Source: a phage. From it: a stretch of 63,111 bases of DNA. Under the pieces are notes generated by a model. It was not told the DNA's origin and ran no database searches. It was given only the letters and a program-made list of their open reading frames with translations. Location of the stretch: the NCBI GenBank assembly GCA_033178465.1, contig GCA_033178465.1_4726.1; one strand, given 5' to 3'. How positions within the stretch are numbered: the first letter of the stretch is position 1; every line of letters starts with the position of its first letter. Below are positions 37,582-47,209 of this stretch, one piece after another. Both the position numbers and the translations under genes were made by a program.

Positions 37582-40575
37582 TTAGACACGAAGGCCTTGC
37601 GCTAGCGCTGAACTGTTGCTTTGTGCGTGTTTCACAAAACTTACATCGATCGCTTCGCGTACGGACAAGATACCATCCGCTTTAACATAAAGCTCTTTCT
37701 TCACCGCACAGCGAACGCCATCGTTCTTCGCCGTATAAACACTGAGGTTCTTACCTGGTCCAAAATCATCGATTTCAACGTTCAGGATGTCGTCACCTCC
37801 TTCCTCACGAATCATCGCGATCATTTCTGCTTTAGCCACCGTACGGGACGTTAAGCATTCGTTGATAACTTTCGATACCATCGCTTGAAGGACTTGACGT
37901 AAATCCAGGTCAGCGTATTGCTTAGCTGGTAAGTACAGTGTCACGTTGAACGAAAGGGCAGCAGGAAGCGTTGTTTCCAATCCGTTTTCCACAATCACAT
38001 CCACATACCCCAGCGATTGCTTAGGATACAGCGAAATCTCTGTTTCTTCATAACAGAAATTCCTGAACGTGCTGATATCGTTCTGGATCCACTCAATAAG
38101 CTGTGTAGGAATCGCATTACGATACTCAATCACGTCTGTATCGTTCGCTAACAGATACGACGCATCAATAAAGAACATGTCCAGGTTACGCAGAACCTCA
38201 CGTTCATCGACAGGGATCGGATTACCGTAATTATCTTTCATGATGTCGCCTTTCAGATAACGATAGGCTTGGCTTCCATCACTGTTTAATTTCGGGTCAC
38301 CTTTACGATGCAGATATTTAACAGACAATGTACCATCATCACCTTGCTCAATGATAACCGAACCGGTCTCATCCGTCGCTGGAATATCTTCGTCATACAC
38401 CCACGGAATGTTCTCGGTGTAACGTTTATACGTAATCTCCGAGGCCACCGTACGAGAGCGCATCCAAAGACCATCCAGATCATAACCAAAGGTTGCGGTG
38501 AGACGTTCACGGTAGAAACAATACCCATTTTGAAGTGTGAGTTTCTTAACCAGGTAATTATCGGAAGCACTGTGTAAGATACCGTCGACATCTTCCGGCG
38601 CGTAATCCGTCACCACATGGAAGATTTCCAAATACTGCTGCAGTGATGCCCAATAATCCCGCGGTGTCGATTCATACATCGAGAACGAAGTCAATGCGAT
38701 ATATGGTTCATACGCCGTGGAATCATCGGCCAGGATTCGTGTAAAATCATAATTCGTGGTGATATCGAAGGTGAACAAACGACGACCTTGTTCATCGGTT
38801 GTCGGTGATGCCAACATCGTCGCATAATCGCCCTCACCCCGCGGATTGAACCCCAGCTGGATGTGCACGTTTTTATCGTCGAGCGCCTTCCATGCGTCGT
38901 TACCTTCTACAATGAGGCTTAGACGATATCCTTCAGCGATACGGTCCAGACGGTATCCGGTCACCATAGCGGTTAACGGAATTGTCTCGTTCGCGTCAAG
39001 GAATGCCTGTGTGCCGATCTTAGGGGCATCCAGGTAATAAGCATGGATGTCGAAATCGCTCGTTGCATCTAATACGTAATGAAACGGACTGTAGAACAAC
39101 ATGGCGTTGTTTACCGCGTTCAACTTCGCATCGGAGTTGCCTGCATTAATACGGTCAATTTCATCGTCTGACAACAGTGCGATACTTCCGTTACTGTCAC
39201 GATACAAGCAATCCGGTTTAATCGTAATACGATCGCCGTTATCAGCGACAAACTTACTTTTCACCAATGCTGCAGCTGACGTATAGAAAGACCCCATCAA
39301 CGAACCGGCTTGCGGTACGCTGTCGCTCAATTGCGGTAAATCTCGGGTTGCCAGGAACGAACGATTTGTTACGTTATCGATAGTGGTTACCATCCCATAA
39401 CCCGCATCTTGAAGCACCAGCTCTACCTGCGTTCCCGTGATCGGTACCTTGGTTTTGTTCACGCCCGCCATAACACGTTCACGTTGTTCCTCGAACGTTA
39501 ACGCAGATCGTCCACCCGACAATGCCCCTTCGCTATAAATCCCTTTAATGTTGAATGCACTTAGCGACGCACTGTATTTCTGTTCAGCTTTTGGCGACAG
39601 ATCGATGTAGTTATCTTTCCAATCGGTCACGTCGTAATCAGACGGGTCGACGCTGATTTTCCCTTTCGTCGTCAACACCTCAAGTCGAATGGTGCTTTTA
39701 TCCATCGTACCTTGAGACAAATAAATTTCAGGAACACGCCAGTTAAGTTTGTTCCCTTCTACTTGTAACGCGATGGTCGGTGTTAACGGATCGTAGATCT
39801 GCTGACTGTGTGTTGTCGCTATCTCCGTCCAGGTATCGTTATCCGACGACATGTACGCACGACAATGGTAAAACTGATCTTCGAAGGTAATGCTGCTGTT
39901 CATCCCATGAACGCTGTTAAACGGCACATCTTTTACCAGCGTTTTAAACTGGAACAACGGGATACGCATCACCAACACTTTACCCGCTTTTACACGAACA
40001 ACGCCGTACTCAACTTGGTTACTCTCCAAGGTTTGCAATGGGCTGATATTATCAGTGTTATAAACGACGCGTATCTGGTCGTGCGCTTGCACTTGGATTT
40101 CGATGGGATAATGCAACCCGAAATCCATTCCGGCTACCGTAAACGCCGTCGTACGTGGTATCACTAACTTACGGCTGTAAGAACGGCTTAAATCATCGGA
40201 GGTGGCGTTGTTTGGAATTTCTACCGCGCGATCGAGGATTTCCTGATACCCTAACGAATAAATGATTTCCGTTTTACCCGGCATTGCGAAACGTCCGACG
40301 TACGACTCATCATACATCCAACGATAAAGTTGGTTCCAGTTGGTTGCAAGCTTCGGATACAGTTCGCGAACACGGGACTCATCCCGTGCGTTCTGGTTCG
40401 CAGCCGTTGCCGTTGCAACCTCCAGCAGATAAACAAACGGGCAGCTGGGGTCAACCAGGGTTAATTCACCATCAGAAGCCAAACGGATCATATCGCTTGC
40501 AACAGCCTGCATTTCAATGGGTGAAAGCATATAGCGATTGAGCTGTTCAGCAAGATCTTTGTTGGTTACGCTCAT
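37582..40575 (-). CDS. large hypothetical protein (997 aa), possibly structural
   Basis: Long ORF, ATG at 40575 with GAGGG RBS, 3 nt after stop of upstream gene. Confidence 0.75.
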   Translation of the reverse strand: MSVTNKDLAEQLNRYMLSPIEMQAVASDMIRLASDGELTLVDPSCPFVYLLEVATATAANQNARDESRVRELYPKLATNWNQLYRWMYDESYVGRFAMPGKTEIIYSLGYQEILDRAVEIPNNATSDDLSRSYSRKLVIPRTTAFTVAGMDFGLHYPIEIQVQAHDQIRVVYNTDNISPLQTLESNQVEYGVVRVKAGKVLVMRIPLFQFKTLVKDVPFNSVHGMNSSITFEDQFYHCRAYMSSDNDTWTEIATTHSQQIYDPLTPTIALQVEGNKLNWRVPEIYLSQGTMDKSTIRLEVLTTKGKISVDPSDYDVTDWKDNYIDLSPKAEQKYSASLSAFNIKGIYSEGALSGGRSALTFEEQRERVMAGVNKTKVPITGTQVELVLQDAGYGMVTTIDNVTNRSFLATRDLPQLSDSVPQAGSLMGSFYTSAAALVKSKFVADNGDRITIKPDCLYRDSNGSIALLSDDEIDRINAGNSDAKLNAVNNAMLFYSPFHYVLDATSDFDIHAYYLDAPKIGTQAFLDANETIPLTAMVTGYRLDRIAEGYRLSLIVEGNDAWKALDDKNVHIQLGFNPRGEGDYATMLASPTTDEQGRRLFTFDITTNYDFTRILADDSTAYEPYIALTSFSMYESTPRDYWASLQQYLEIFHVVTDYAPEDVDGILHSASDNYLVKKLTLQNGYCFYRERLTATFGYDLDGLWMRSRTVASEITYKRYTENIPWVYDEDIPATDETGSVIIEQGDDGTLSVKYLHRKGDPKLNSDGSQAYRYLKGDIMKDNYGNPIPVDEREVLRNLDMFFIDASYLLANDTDVIEYRNAIPTQLIEWIQNDISTFRNFCYEETEISLYPKQSLGYVDVIVENGLETTLPAALSFNVTLYLPAKQYADLDLRQVLQAMVSKVINECLTSRTVAKAEMIAMIREEGGDDILNVEIDDFGPGKNLSVYTAKNDGVRCAVKKELYVKADGILSVREAIDVSFVKHAQSNSSALAQGLRV

Positions 40576-40578
40576 TTA

Positions 40579-41785
40579 TTATCCCTCGTAATTTTGCGGA
40601 ATGGTGGTACGGACAAGATCGCGACTGAACGTATCCGGTGGTAACGCCGACGGCTCAAGATCCAGATAGAATTCGTTGTAATCATCAGCGGGTACGAACC
40701 AAAGAAGCTCTGAGGTCAACGGATGAATAAATGGATACATATCGACACGATACGACATGATTCGACGCTCGTAGGGTGAGATAGGTACCAACTCCTCATC
40801 TTCAAGGAACGTACGGGTATCGTTCTCACCGTAATAGAACATCAGGACAAGTCGATTGAATTCATCCTTCAGAATCTCATCAAATGCGTTGTTACCAACC
40901 GCTTGGTATGGAATGGTGATACGTTCGTTATCTTGCGTGAAGGGTTTATCGATACTGTAGTTAGCCATATTACCGATCGGTAACCCGACGGGAAACATCG
41001 CGGTCGGTGCGAAGATATAACGAACATACATCCCAGTCGGATCCAAGATGATACGATAACATCTTGTCCAGTAATCCATTTCATTGTCGATGATGGCCTG
41101 AGGGCTTGGCGTCAGTTCACCATTATGCACGCCTGCGATGTAAATCAACCAAATATAATGAAGGAACATGATAGGGTTACCCATGATGTTCTTGAACGTC
41201 GCGTTCAGGTTATAGGGTTGAAACATATCCACTGAACCGTCAGCCATCACAACGGTTTCTTGGCGTAATCCCGGTTTACCCTGATAGACCTGCATTTCCA
41301 TGTCATTGAAACCGCTGATATCCGTCAGGTTGTCCGTCAGTATACTTATGAATGGATTGCGCTCATCGACGATGGCACGTCCTCGATGGTTCCGCTTTCT
41401 GGCACCCACAGGGTCCAAGTAATCACGGACAACAGCCTGAATGCTGTTAGGGTTATCCGTGCGTAACGACCACAAACGTCGATCTCGTTTTAAGTTCGCG
41501 TCGGTAAGATGTAAATTAGGTCGTGTAAAGAAGGTAATACCGGCATGATCGCGGTTAATCGGAATCGGGCTGTTACCCGGAATAGGTGATACATTCCGAT
41601 ACCGTCTGGCGATACTGTCCTCGTATGTCCCTTGACCGACACTGGTACGAATATTCTTCCGCGCTATTGCCCAATCCGAATCAGTGAATAACACCGCATT
41701 GCCCGCTGCCTCCACAGCTTCGGGTGTTAACGACGCATTATTCTCCTGAATGGTTTGAATAGCTTGGTCGTAGTAATTAGACATT
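40579..41785 (-). CDS. hypothetical protein (401 aa), possibly structural
   Basis: ATG at 41785 with AAGGAAAG RBS (track start 41817 is TTG); diverges from 41819 gene. Confidence 0.7.
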
Positions 41786-41818
41786 TTCTTTCCTTTATTT
41801 GTAAATAAGGATTTCAAT

Positions 41819-42925
41819 ATGGTAGCATCAGAAATTGCCGACGCTGTTAACGTTGTTGCGTCCGGTATCGCTAAAGTCTACGAAGTTAATAAACTTATCC
41901 AGCCAGGTTCGCTGGTTGAACTCTCACAACCTTCACGCGTTATCGCGCCGTTGATCTTTGAACGTGAGCTGTATTATAGCGACGCACGCAATGCGTTAGG
42001 CAACTGCATGCGCACCGCTGAAAACATGTATACCGGGTTCTATTTACTGGCGTTGAATACCATCATGCAGGTGGGTAATATCAGTGTCGATAAAACGCTG
42101 GGTCGTGTGAACCCAAACCGTAACGCTAACCTGATGGATAAGGCTGTTAAATTAGCGCTGGAAAGTGCGGATAGCAAAAGCCTTGTTTTCCTTGATGACA
42201 AAGGATTCAACCTGCAGGGGAAACAAAAAGATAGCCTCGATGTTGGAGCCAGCGACGCGGCGATCGAATTGCTGAACAAAGATGCAAACGCGGTCACCGG
42301 CAAGTTCTTAACCGTGACGCTGACCGATGGTCAGGCAACGATGAAAATGCCGTTGAACATCAGCATGCGTATCGCAAGTTCACCAGCGGAAGTGCTTGCG
42401 TCGATTTTAGCGATTGGCGGTCCACAGAACACCTGGCGAGCACGTTGGCATCGCATGATGGCAGGTGAGCTGTCTTTCTGGAGCGATATGATCCTGCTTA
42501 GCGATCTGGTTCGTGAACACAAACGAATCTCACGTATGGATAAAGAGGGTATCCGCAAGGCTGTTAATGCTGCACGCATCAATGCCGCAAAAGCTGCAGC
42601 GAGCACAAAGATCCCTTCTTCTGGAGCCATCGCCTCCACCTATATCATCTCTAAGGCTAACCAGGAAGCCATCGAGCGTAAGATCGGACGTCGTTTATCT
42701 GACTATACCACACGTCAGAAAGTCATGGCTGAAGCCCTCGCAATGCAGTTGATCATCATCGACGAAGCTGAAGAGATGGTGACCTTCTATTTCCACAGCT
42801 TGGATCAAGGGACCACCGTAAGCTTCAAGCAACTGGAAAAATCCAACAGTTCGTCAACTTCGGGTTCCGATCTCCTGACGATCCTCCAGGCGCTCCGTAC
42901 CGGAAACGTCCCGCAGATTCGTTAA
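41819..42925 (+). CDS. hypothetical protein
   Basis: 368-aa ORF, AAGGA RBS. Confidence 0.75.
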   Translation: MVASEIADAVNVVASGIAKVYEVNKLIQPGSLVELSQPSRVIAPLIFERELYYSDARNALGNCMRTAENMYTGFYLLALNTIMQVGNISVDKTLGRVNPNRNANLMDKAVKLALESADSKSLVFLDDKGFNLQGKQKDSLDVGASDAAIELLNKDANAVTGKFLTVTLTDGQATMKMPLNISMRIASSPAEVLASILAIGGPQNTWRARWHRMMAGELSFWSDMILLSDLVREHKRISRMDKEGIRKAVNAARINAAKAAASTKIPSSGAIASTYIISKANQEAIERKIGRRLSDYTTRQKVMAEALAMQLIIIDEAEEMVTFYFHSLDQGTTVSFKQLEKSNSSSTSGSDLLTILQALRTGNVPQIR

Positions 42926-42964
42926 TACACGTAACCTGTTTCGAAATAGCATAGGTGCTCACTC

Positions 42965-43867
42965 ATGGCAATTGATTTTAAAGAATTCATTCGCGGTTTG
43001 AAGCCGCTTTTTAAACGCACCGGTGTTGCTGACGCACTTGAATCGATCCGTGACGAAATCAACAACACCGCGATTCCTTACTACGAGACATCCGCTTCGC
43101 TTCTCCAAAAAGGGGAAAGCGCCTTATGGAAACTTGCTGATAAGGATCTGCACCAGCGTTTAACCCGCGTTCGCTCTGGAAGCTGGGTAGAAAACGTTCA
43201 CTTAGCGCTACGCAATGCTGTTGATCTAATTCCAGAAATTGTTAAACGTGTTAACAAAAACCTGGAAATCGATGTTGCTGCTGACGGCCTAAGTTTCAAA
43301 GAAGCCGCTCTGGTACGTCTTGTTGAGTCCTTGGGCTTCTACGTTAGCTATGCTCGTACGCTGCTTCGTGCAACGGTCATCTGCGAAAGCATGCCGGGTG
43401 GTGATAAAGCACTTGGTGAGTTCTTCACCAAAAACGAGATTGCTTACCTGACCGCCAATATGTACGGTTTCGCCATTGCCACCGAGGTGTTGTGTGGACA
43501 GAAACAACAGATCCTTGCTGGGTTGGATAAAATCCCGGATGTTGTGGTTTCTGATGAAGACGGTGTTGGTAATGGCTTATACAACGCGGGTAATACCGAC
43601 CCGATGCGTATGGGCTCATGGTCCGACACTCAAATGACCAACACGCTTATTTACCGTTATCGCATCTGGCGCAGCGAACGTGAAGAAGCGTCGTTACAAG
43701 CAGCCAAAGAAGAAGCCCAAGCGTTGGAGTACTGGATTTTGTCACTGAAGCAAAAACAGCAGAATGCAGGCAACGATCCAAAAATCCAGCAGCAGATCGA
43801 ATATCACGAAGAGCGACTGAAGAAACTTCGTTATGATATTAAACGAAAAGAAGAGGCGGCTGTATGA
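42965..43867 (+). CDS. hypothetical protein
   Basis: 300-aa ORF; ATGA overlap with next gene. Confidence 0.75.
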   Translation: MAIDFKEFIRGLKPLFKRTGVADALESIRDEINNTAIPYYETSASLLQKGESALWKLADKDLHQRLTRVRSGSWVENVHLALRNAVDLIPEIVKRVNKNLEIDVAADGLSFKEAALVRLVESLGFYVSYARTLLRATVICESMPGGDKALGEFFTKNEIAYLTANMYGFAIATEVLCGQKQQILAGLDKIPDVVVSDEDGVGNGLYNAGNTDPMRMGSWSDTQMTNTLIYRYRIWRSEREEASLQAAKEEAQALEYWILSLKQKQQNAGNDPKIQQQIEYHEERLKKLRYDIKRKEEAAV

Positions 43868-44394
43868 ATGCACTTCGTGACGTCCCTTTAACGTTATACG
43901 GTACCGGGTTCTTTGGATTTCCGGTTAACGGTGTAAAACGTCAGGAGAACTACGATCGTGACGTTGTTAGTCTGTATCAGCGTCTGGTTGACGGTACTCC
44001 TCTCGATGACTGGAAATACGAGCGTCAGGTTCTTTCCACCCTTTATCGTTTGATGTACCCCATTACCGACTGGGTGGAAATGAACAGCCATAACCCAAAT
44101 CTGAACTTCACCAGTCTGGAGTTTATCCGTGATACACTACGATTCATTCACACGGGTAGACGAGACACGAACGTTCAGATTGCGGGTCAATTGATTGATA
44201 ACTGGTCAGATCGTCAGTCGTTAAGTTCACACCAACGTCTGGAAAGCAGCGGTAAACTTATGAGTTATATCACGTTGTCAGACGAAGAGATGGTGCGTAC
44301 TTGGCTCCATTGGGACAATGGCATCCAGGACATCATATGTACTTTGAATGCGGTGTTTGGGCAACCTATGGCACCGGGTTTTAAGGGCTTTTAA
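43864..44394 (+). CDS. hypothetical protein
   Basis: 176-aa ORF; followed by hairpins 44383-44433. Confidence 0.7.
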   Translation: MNALRDVPLTLYGTGFFGFPVNGVKRQENYDRDVVSLYQRLVDGTPLDDWKYERQVLSTLYRLMYPITDWVEMNSHNPNLNFTSLEFIRDTLRFIHTGRRDTNVQIAGQLIDNWSDRQSLSSHQRLESSGKLMSYITLSDEEMVRTWLHWDNGIQDIICTLNAVFGQPMAPGFKGF

Positions 44395-44458
44395 GTGAGC
44401 TGACGGTTCACTTAAGCCACATTAGCTAATGTGCAATTTATTGTAAAGGAAACAAATT

Positions 44459-45781
44459 ATGCCTTCTATTTTTGATCGTCTTGTCGCAAATCCATCTAAC
44501 GCACAGCTGGTTCAACTGGCTGCTGAGATCGATCCGGATGCAGCGGCAACCGTTGAAGCAGAACCGGCAGCTGATGCTGCAGCAGCGGATGAAACCGTTG
44601 TGGCTGAACTGACCGAACGTGCTGAAATCGCTGAAGATACCGCAGCTGAAACCGAACTGGCTATCGAAGTTCGTGGTGATATCGAGCAGGTTGATGCTGT
44701 TGTTATCGAAATTGCAAAAGACGACGAAACCGCAGAAGCCATGGACGAAGCCATGGATGAACTGACGGAAACCGTTGTTGCAACCGAAAGCTACCTGAAA
44801 GACGGTGGTATGTCTGCACAAACCGCTCAGGAACACATGCGTAACCTGAAACGCCTGTGTGGTACTATCGGTTTCAAACTGCCGGAAACCATGCCGTCCT
44901 TCGAAAGCTTCGGTGGTTCCGCTTCCCGCTACGATGCAACCAACATGATCTTCCTGGAAGAACAAAAATGGTGGCAGAAACTGTGGGCAACCATCAAGAA
45001 CTTCCTGAAAACTTCCTGGGAAACCTTCGTGAAGTTCATGGATCGTATCTTCGACGGCGCGACCAAACTGAAAGCACGTGCTGCTAAACTGAAAGAAATG
45101 ATCGGCAAGCGTAAAGGCGTTGCTAAAAATACCAAAGTTAAACTGGGTAGCGGCGTTTCAGGCTACATCGGTGGCGACGATCTGGTTACCGGCGCGACCA
45201 AAATCGCTGACACCTTCGAGAAAGCAATGAAGGCTGCTGACGATCGCGCTGATAAATTCGTTGGCACCGTTGTTGCTAAATCTCACACCGAGTACGCTGA
45301 TAAACTGAACGCTCCGGCGATCGCTGACGTTGCTGGTCCGGCAGGTTGGGGTTTCAAAGCCAACGATGGTAAAGTAACCTGGGAACGCTCTGGCGAAGCA
45401 AAAGAAGTTGAAGCTACCGTCCTGTCCCTGAATCAGCTGGCTGCTGCGGTTAGCGGTGTTGAAGTACTGGCTGACAAACTGCTGGCGCTGAAAGGCAACA
45501 TCGGTAAGAAATCCCAGGGCTTCAAAGACGCTGTTAAATTCGGTGACGATATGGAAGCCGATCTGTCTAAGAAAGGCGAAGTTTCCGCTCAGGAAAAACA
45601 GCGTGTTCAAGCTGTACTGTCTGCACTGAAAGACGCACGTTCCTGCTACGTGAACCCGCAGACTGGTCTGATGAAATACGGTGTTCAGGCAGGTAACGCT
45701 GTCCTGGATGGCGTTGCTAAAATGCTGAAAGAGTACGGCGGCCAGGCGGCTGAGAAACCGGCTGACGCAGCACAGCAGTAA
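44459..45781 (+). CDS. putative abundant head-internal/virion protein, member of paralogue family; acidic Ala/Glu-rich N-terminal region
   Basis: 440-aa ORF; strongly host-optimised codons (CTG, CGT, GGT, AAA, GAA, ACC, TTC); N-terminal motif MPSIFDRLV shared with neighbours (SLFD-type); AAGGAAAC RBS. Confidence 0.7.
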   Translation: MPSIFDRLVANPSNAQLVQLAAEIDPDAAATVEAEPAADAAAADETVVAELTERAEIAEDTAAETELAIEVRGDIEQVDAVVIEIAKDDETAEAMDEAMDELTETVVATESYLKDGGMSAQTAQEHMRNLKRLCGTIGFKLPETMPSFESFGGSASRYDATNMIFLEEQKWWQKLWATIKNFLKTSWETFVKFMDRIFDGATKLKARAAKLKEMIGKRKGVAKNTKVKLGSGVSGYIGGDDLVTGATKIADTFEKAMKAADDRADKFVGTVVAKSHTEYADKLNAPAIADVAGPAGWGFKANDGKVTWERSGEAKEVEATVLSLNQLAAAVSGVEVLADKLLALKGNIGKKSQGFKDAVKFGDDMEADLSKKGEVSAQEKQRVQAVLSALKDARSCYVNPQTGLMKYGVQAGNAVLDGVAKMLKEYGGQAAEKPADAAQQ

Positions 45782-45803
45782 TCAGTTAATAAACTGACAT
45801 ATT

Positions 45804-45835
45804 CCCTCTCCCTTCCCTTACGGGTTGGGAGAGGG
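45804..45835 (+). terminator. conserved palindromic hairpin element (family A) followed by TTCTATGCC
   Basis: CCCTCTCCCTTCCCTTACGGGTTGGGAGAGGG immediately after stop of 44459-45781. Confidence 0.6.
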
Positions 45836-45883
45836 TTCTATGCCGCTCAGGTTTATCTTTTGAATCATTACTGGAGACAACAC

Positions 45884-47200
45884 ATGGTACACATACCGCT
45901 ATTTGCGACCCAAGGCGATATCAGCCTTGAGGCGTTTGAAAAAGATCCTATTGTTGCTGAGGCGCTTGCTGTGGAGCCTACAGCCGATGTCATCGATGCT
46001 GATGGCGTTGAATTACGTTTGGCGACAATCGACGAACATGAAGATGCACTTGATCGTGCTTTCCCTGCTGTTGCCGCATTACGGGAAATCAGTTTTGATG
46101 TTGCTCCGACTATCGAATCGGCTAACTACAGTGACGTTGCATTAGTTCGTAATGTGCAAGAATCCGCATCGATTGCTCTGGGTCTGCCCTCCGAAGCATT
46201 GCTGACGCCAACCGATCGTGTTGAGGTTGGAGAAGCTTTGGTTGTTGAAGGGTTTAAGGACACCGTTGTAAAAGCCATGAAAAAGATCTGGGATATCATT
46301 GTTGATATTGCCCTGACTCTGGCAGCAGCCTTTGAGAAGCTTACCCGTCTTGTTTACGACGAGACGCGCAATTTTCAGAAAGCTGTTGCAGACCTCGAAC
46401 AAATGCCTAAAGGTAAATACGAGGAAAATAAAGAAGTTGCATTTAAAGCGGAGTGGCGGACGCTTTTCCCTAACCGTAACAAAGTTGGTGGTGTAGACAC
46501 GCTGAAAAGCAACATCGATACCTTCAATCAGATGTTCCTTAAATCGGACGGTTATTCAGTTATTGATGGGTTAGGGTTAAACATCATCGACTTCCATTTG
46601 GATAAGGTTGAAAAACTTCCCGTTGATTATCTGACTTTCTTGAACGCTGTCAAATCGACACTGGAAAATCGCGGTTCTGTGGAAGGTACTGACGTTATCA
46701 CTCCAACGGTTTCCGGAAAACGTATCCGCTACGTCAACGGTGCAGTCTTCTTGAAAGAATTCGATGCGTCAAAAGACAATATCATCGATGCGGTTAAACG
46801 TTACCTCGACTTGGATATTGTCGTTGAAGATGTTGAATGGGATAGTGACCCGGAAACGTACGTCCTACCGACACCTGACGATTTGCGTAGCGTTCGACAA
46901 CTGACGTTCGCGAAAGATCTGTTGATGGTAACAAAACGCGGACGCGCTTTCTCTGAGATATTCTCTCGCAATAAAATTCGCACCATGGAGCGCATCCAGG
47001 AAATCACCATGAAACGCTTCAACGAGCAGAATTTTGACGCAAGCTACCAACCGTATGTCGAAATCTATCCTAAGCTCGTTAAGCGCGCGATTCTGCTTTG
47101 TGGTAAAGAGAACCGTATTGAAAACCAATTCGCTTACCAATATCTTCGTGCATTGACCTCATTTATCAACACTCTCGTTAAAGCTTATACCAAAGGTTAA
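45884..47200 (+). CDS. paralogue-family virion protein (putative head-internal/ejection protein)
   Basis: ATG at 45884 with GGAGAC RBS (track start 45860 is TTG); paralogous to 47210-48499 (e.g. VALVRNVQESASIALGL…VVEGFKD vs VALIRQIASTSAANLGM…VLEGFKE). Confidence 0.75.
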   Translation: MVHIPLFATQGDISLEAFEKDPIVAEALAVEPTADVIDADGVELRLATIDEHEDALDRAFPAVAALREISFDVAPTIESANYSDVALVRNVQESASIALGLPSEALLTPTDRVEVGEALVVEGFKDTVVKAMKKIWDIIVDIALTLAAAFEKLTRLVYDETRNFQKAVADLEQMPKGKYEENKEVAFKAEWRTLFPNRNKVGGVDTLKSNIDTFNQMFLKSDGYSVIDGLGLNIIDFHLDKVEKLPVDYLTFLNAVKSTLENRGSVEGTDVITPTVSGKRIRYVNGAVFLKEFDASKDNIIDAVKRYLDLDIVVEDVEWDSDPETYVLPTPDDLRSVRQLTFAKDLLMVTKRGRAFSEIFSRNKIRTMERIQEITMKRFNEQNFDASYQPYVEIYPKLVKRAILLCGKENRIENQFAYQYLRALTSFINTLVKAYTKG

Positions 47201-47209
47201 GGAACTAAC

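Noticed and set aside
44438-45610. Minus-strand ORFs 44438-44965, 44512-44754 and 45158-45610 overlapping gene 44459-45781
   Set aside because: Antisense to a strongly codon-biased gene with Ala/Glu-rich sequence; no RBS, and the + strand ORF is far longer and has paralogues
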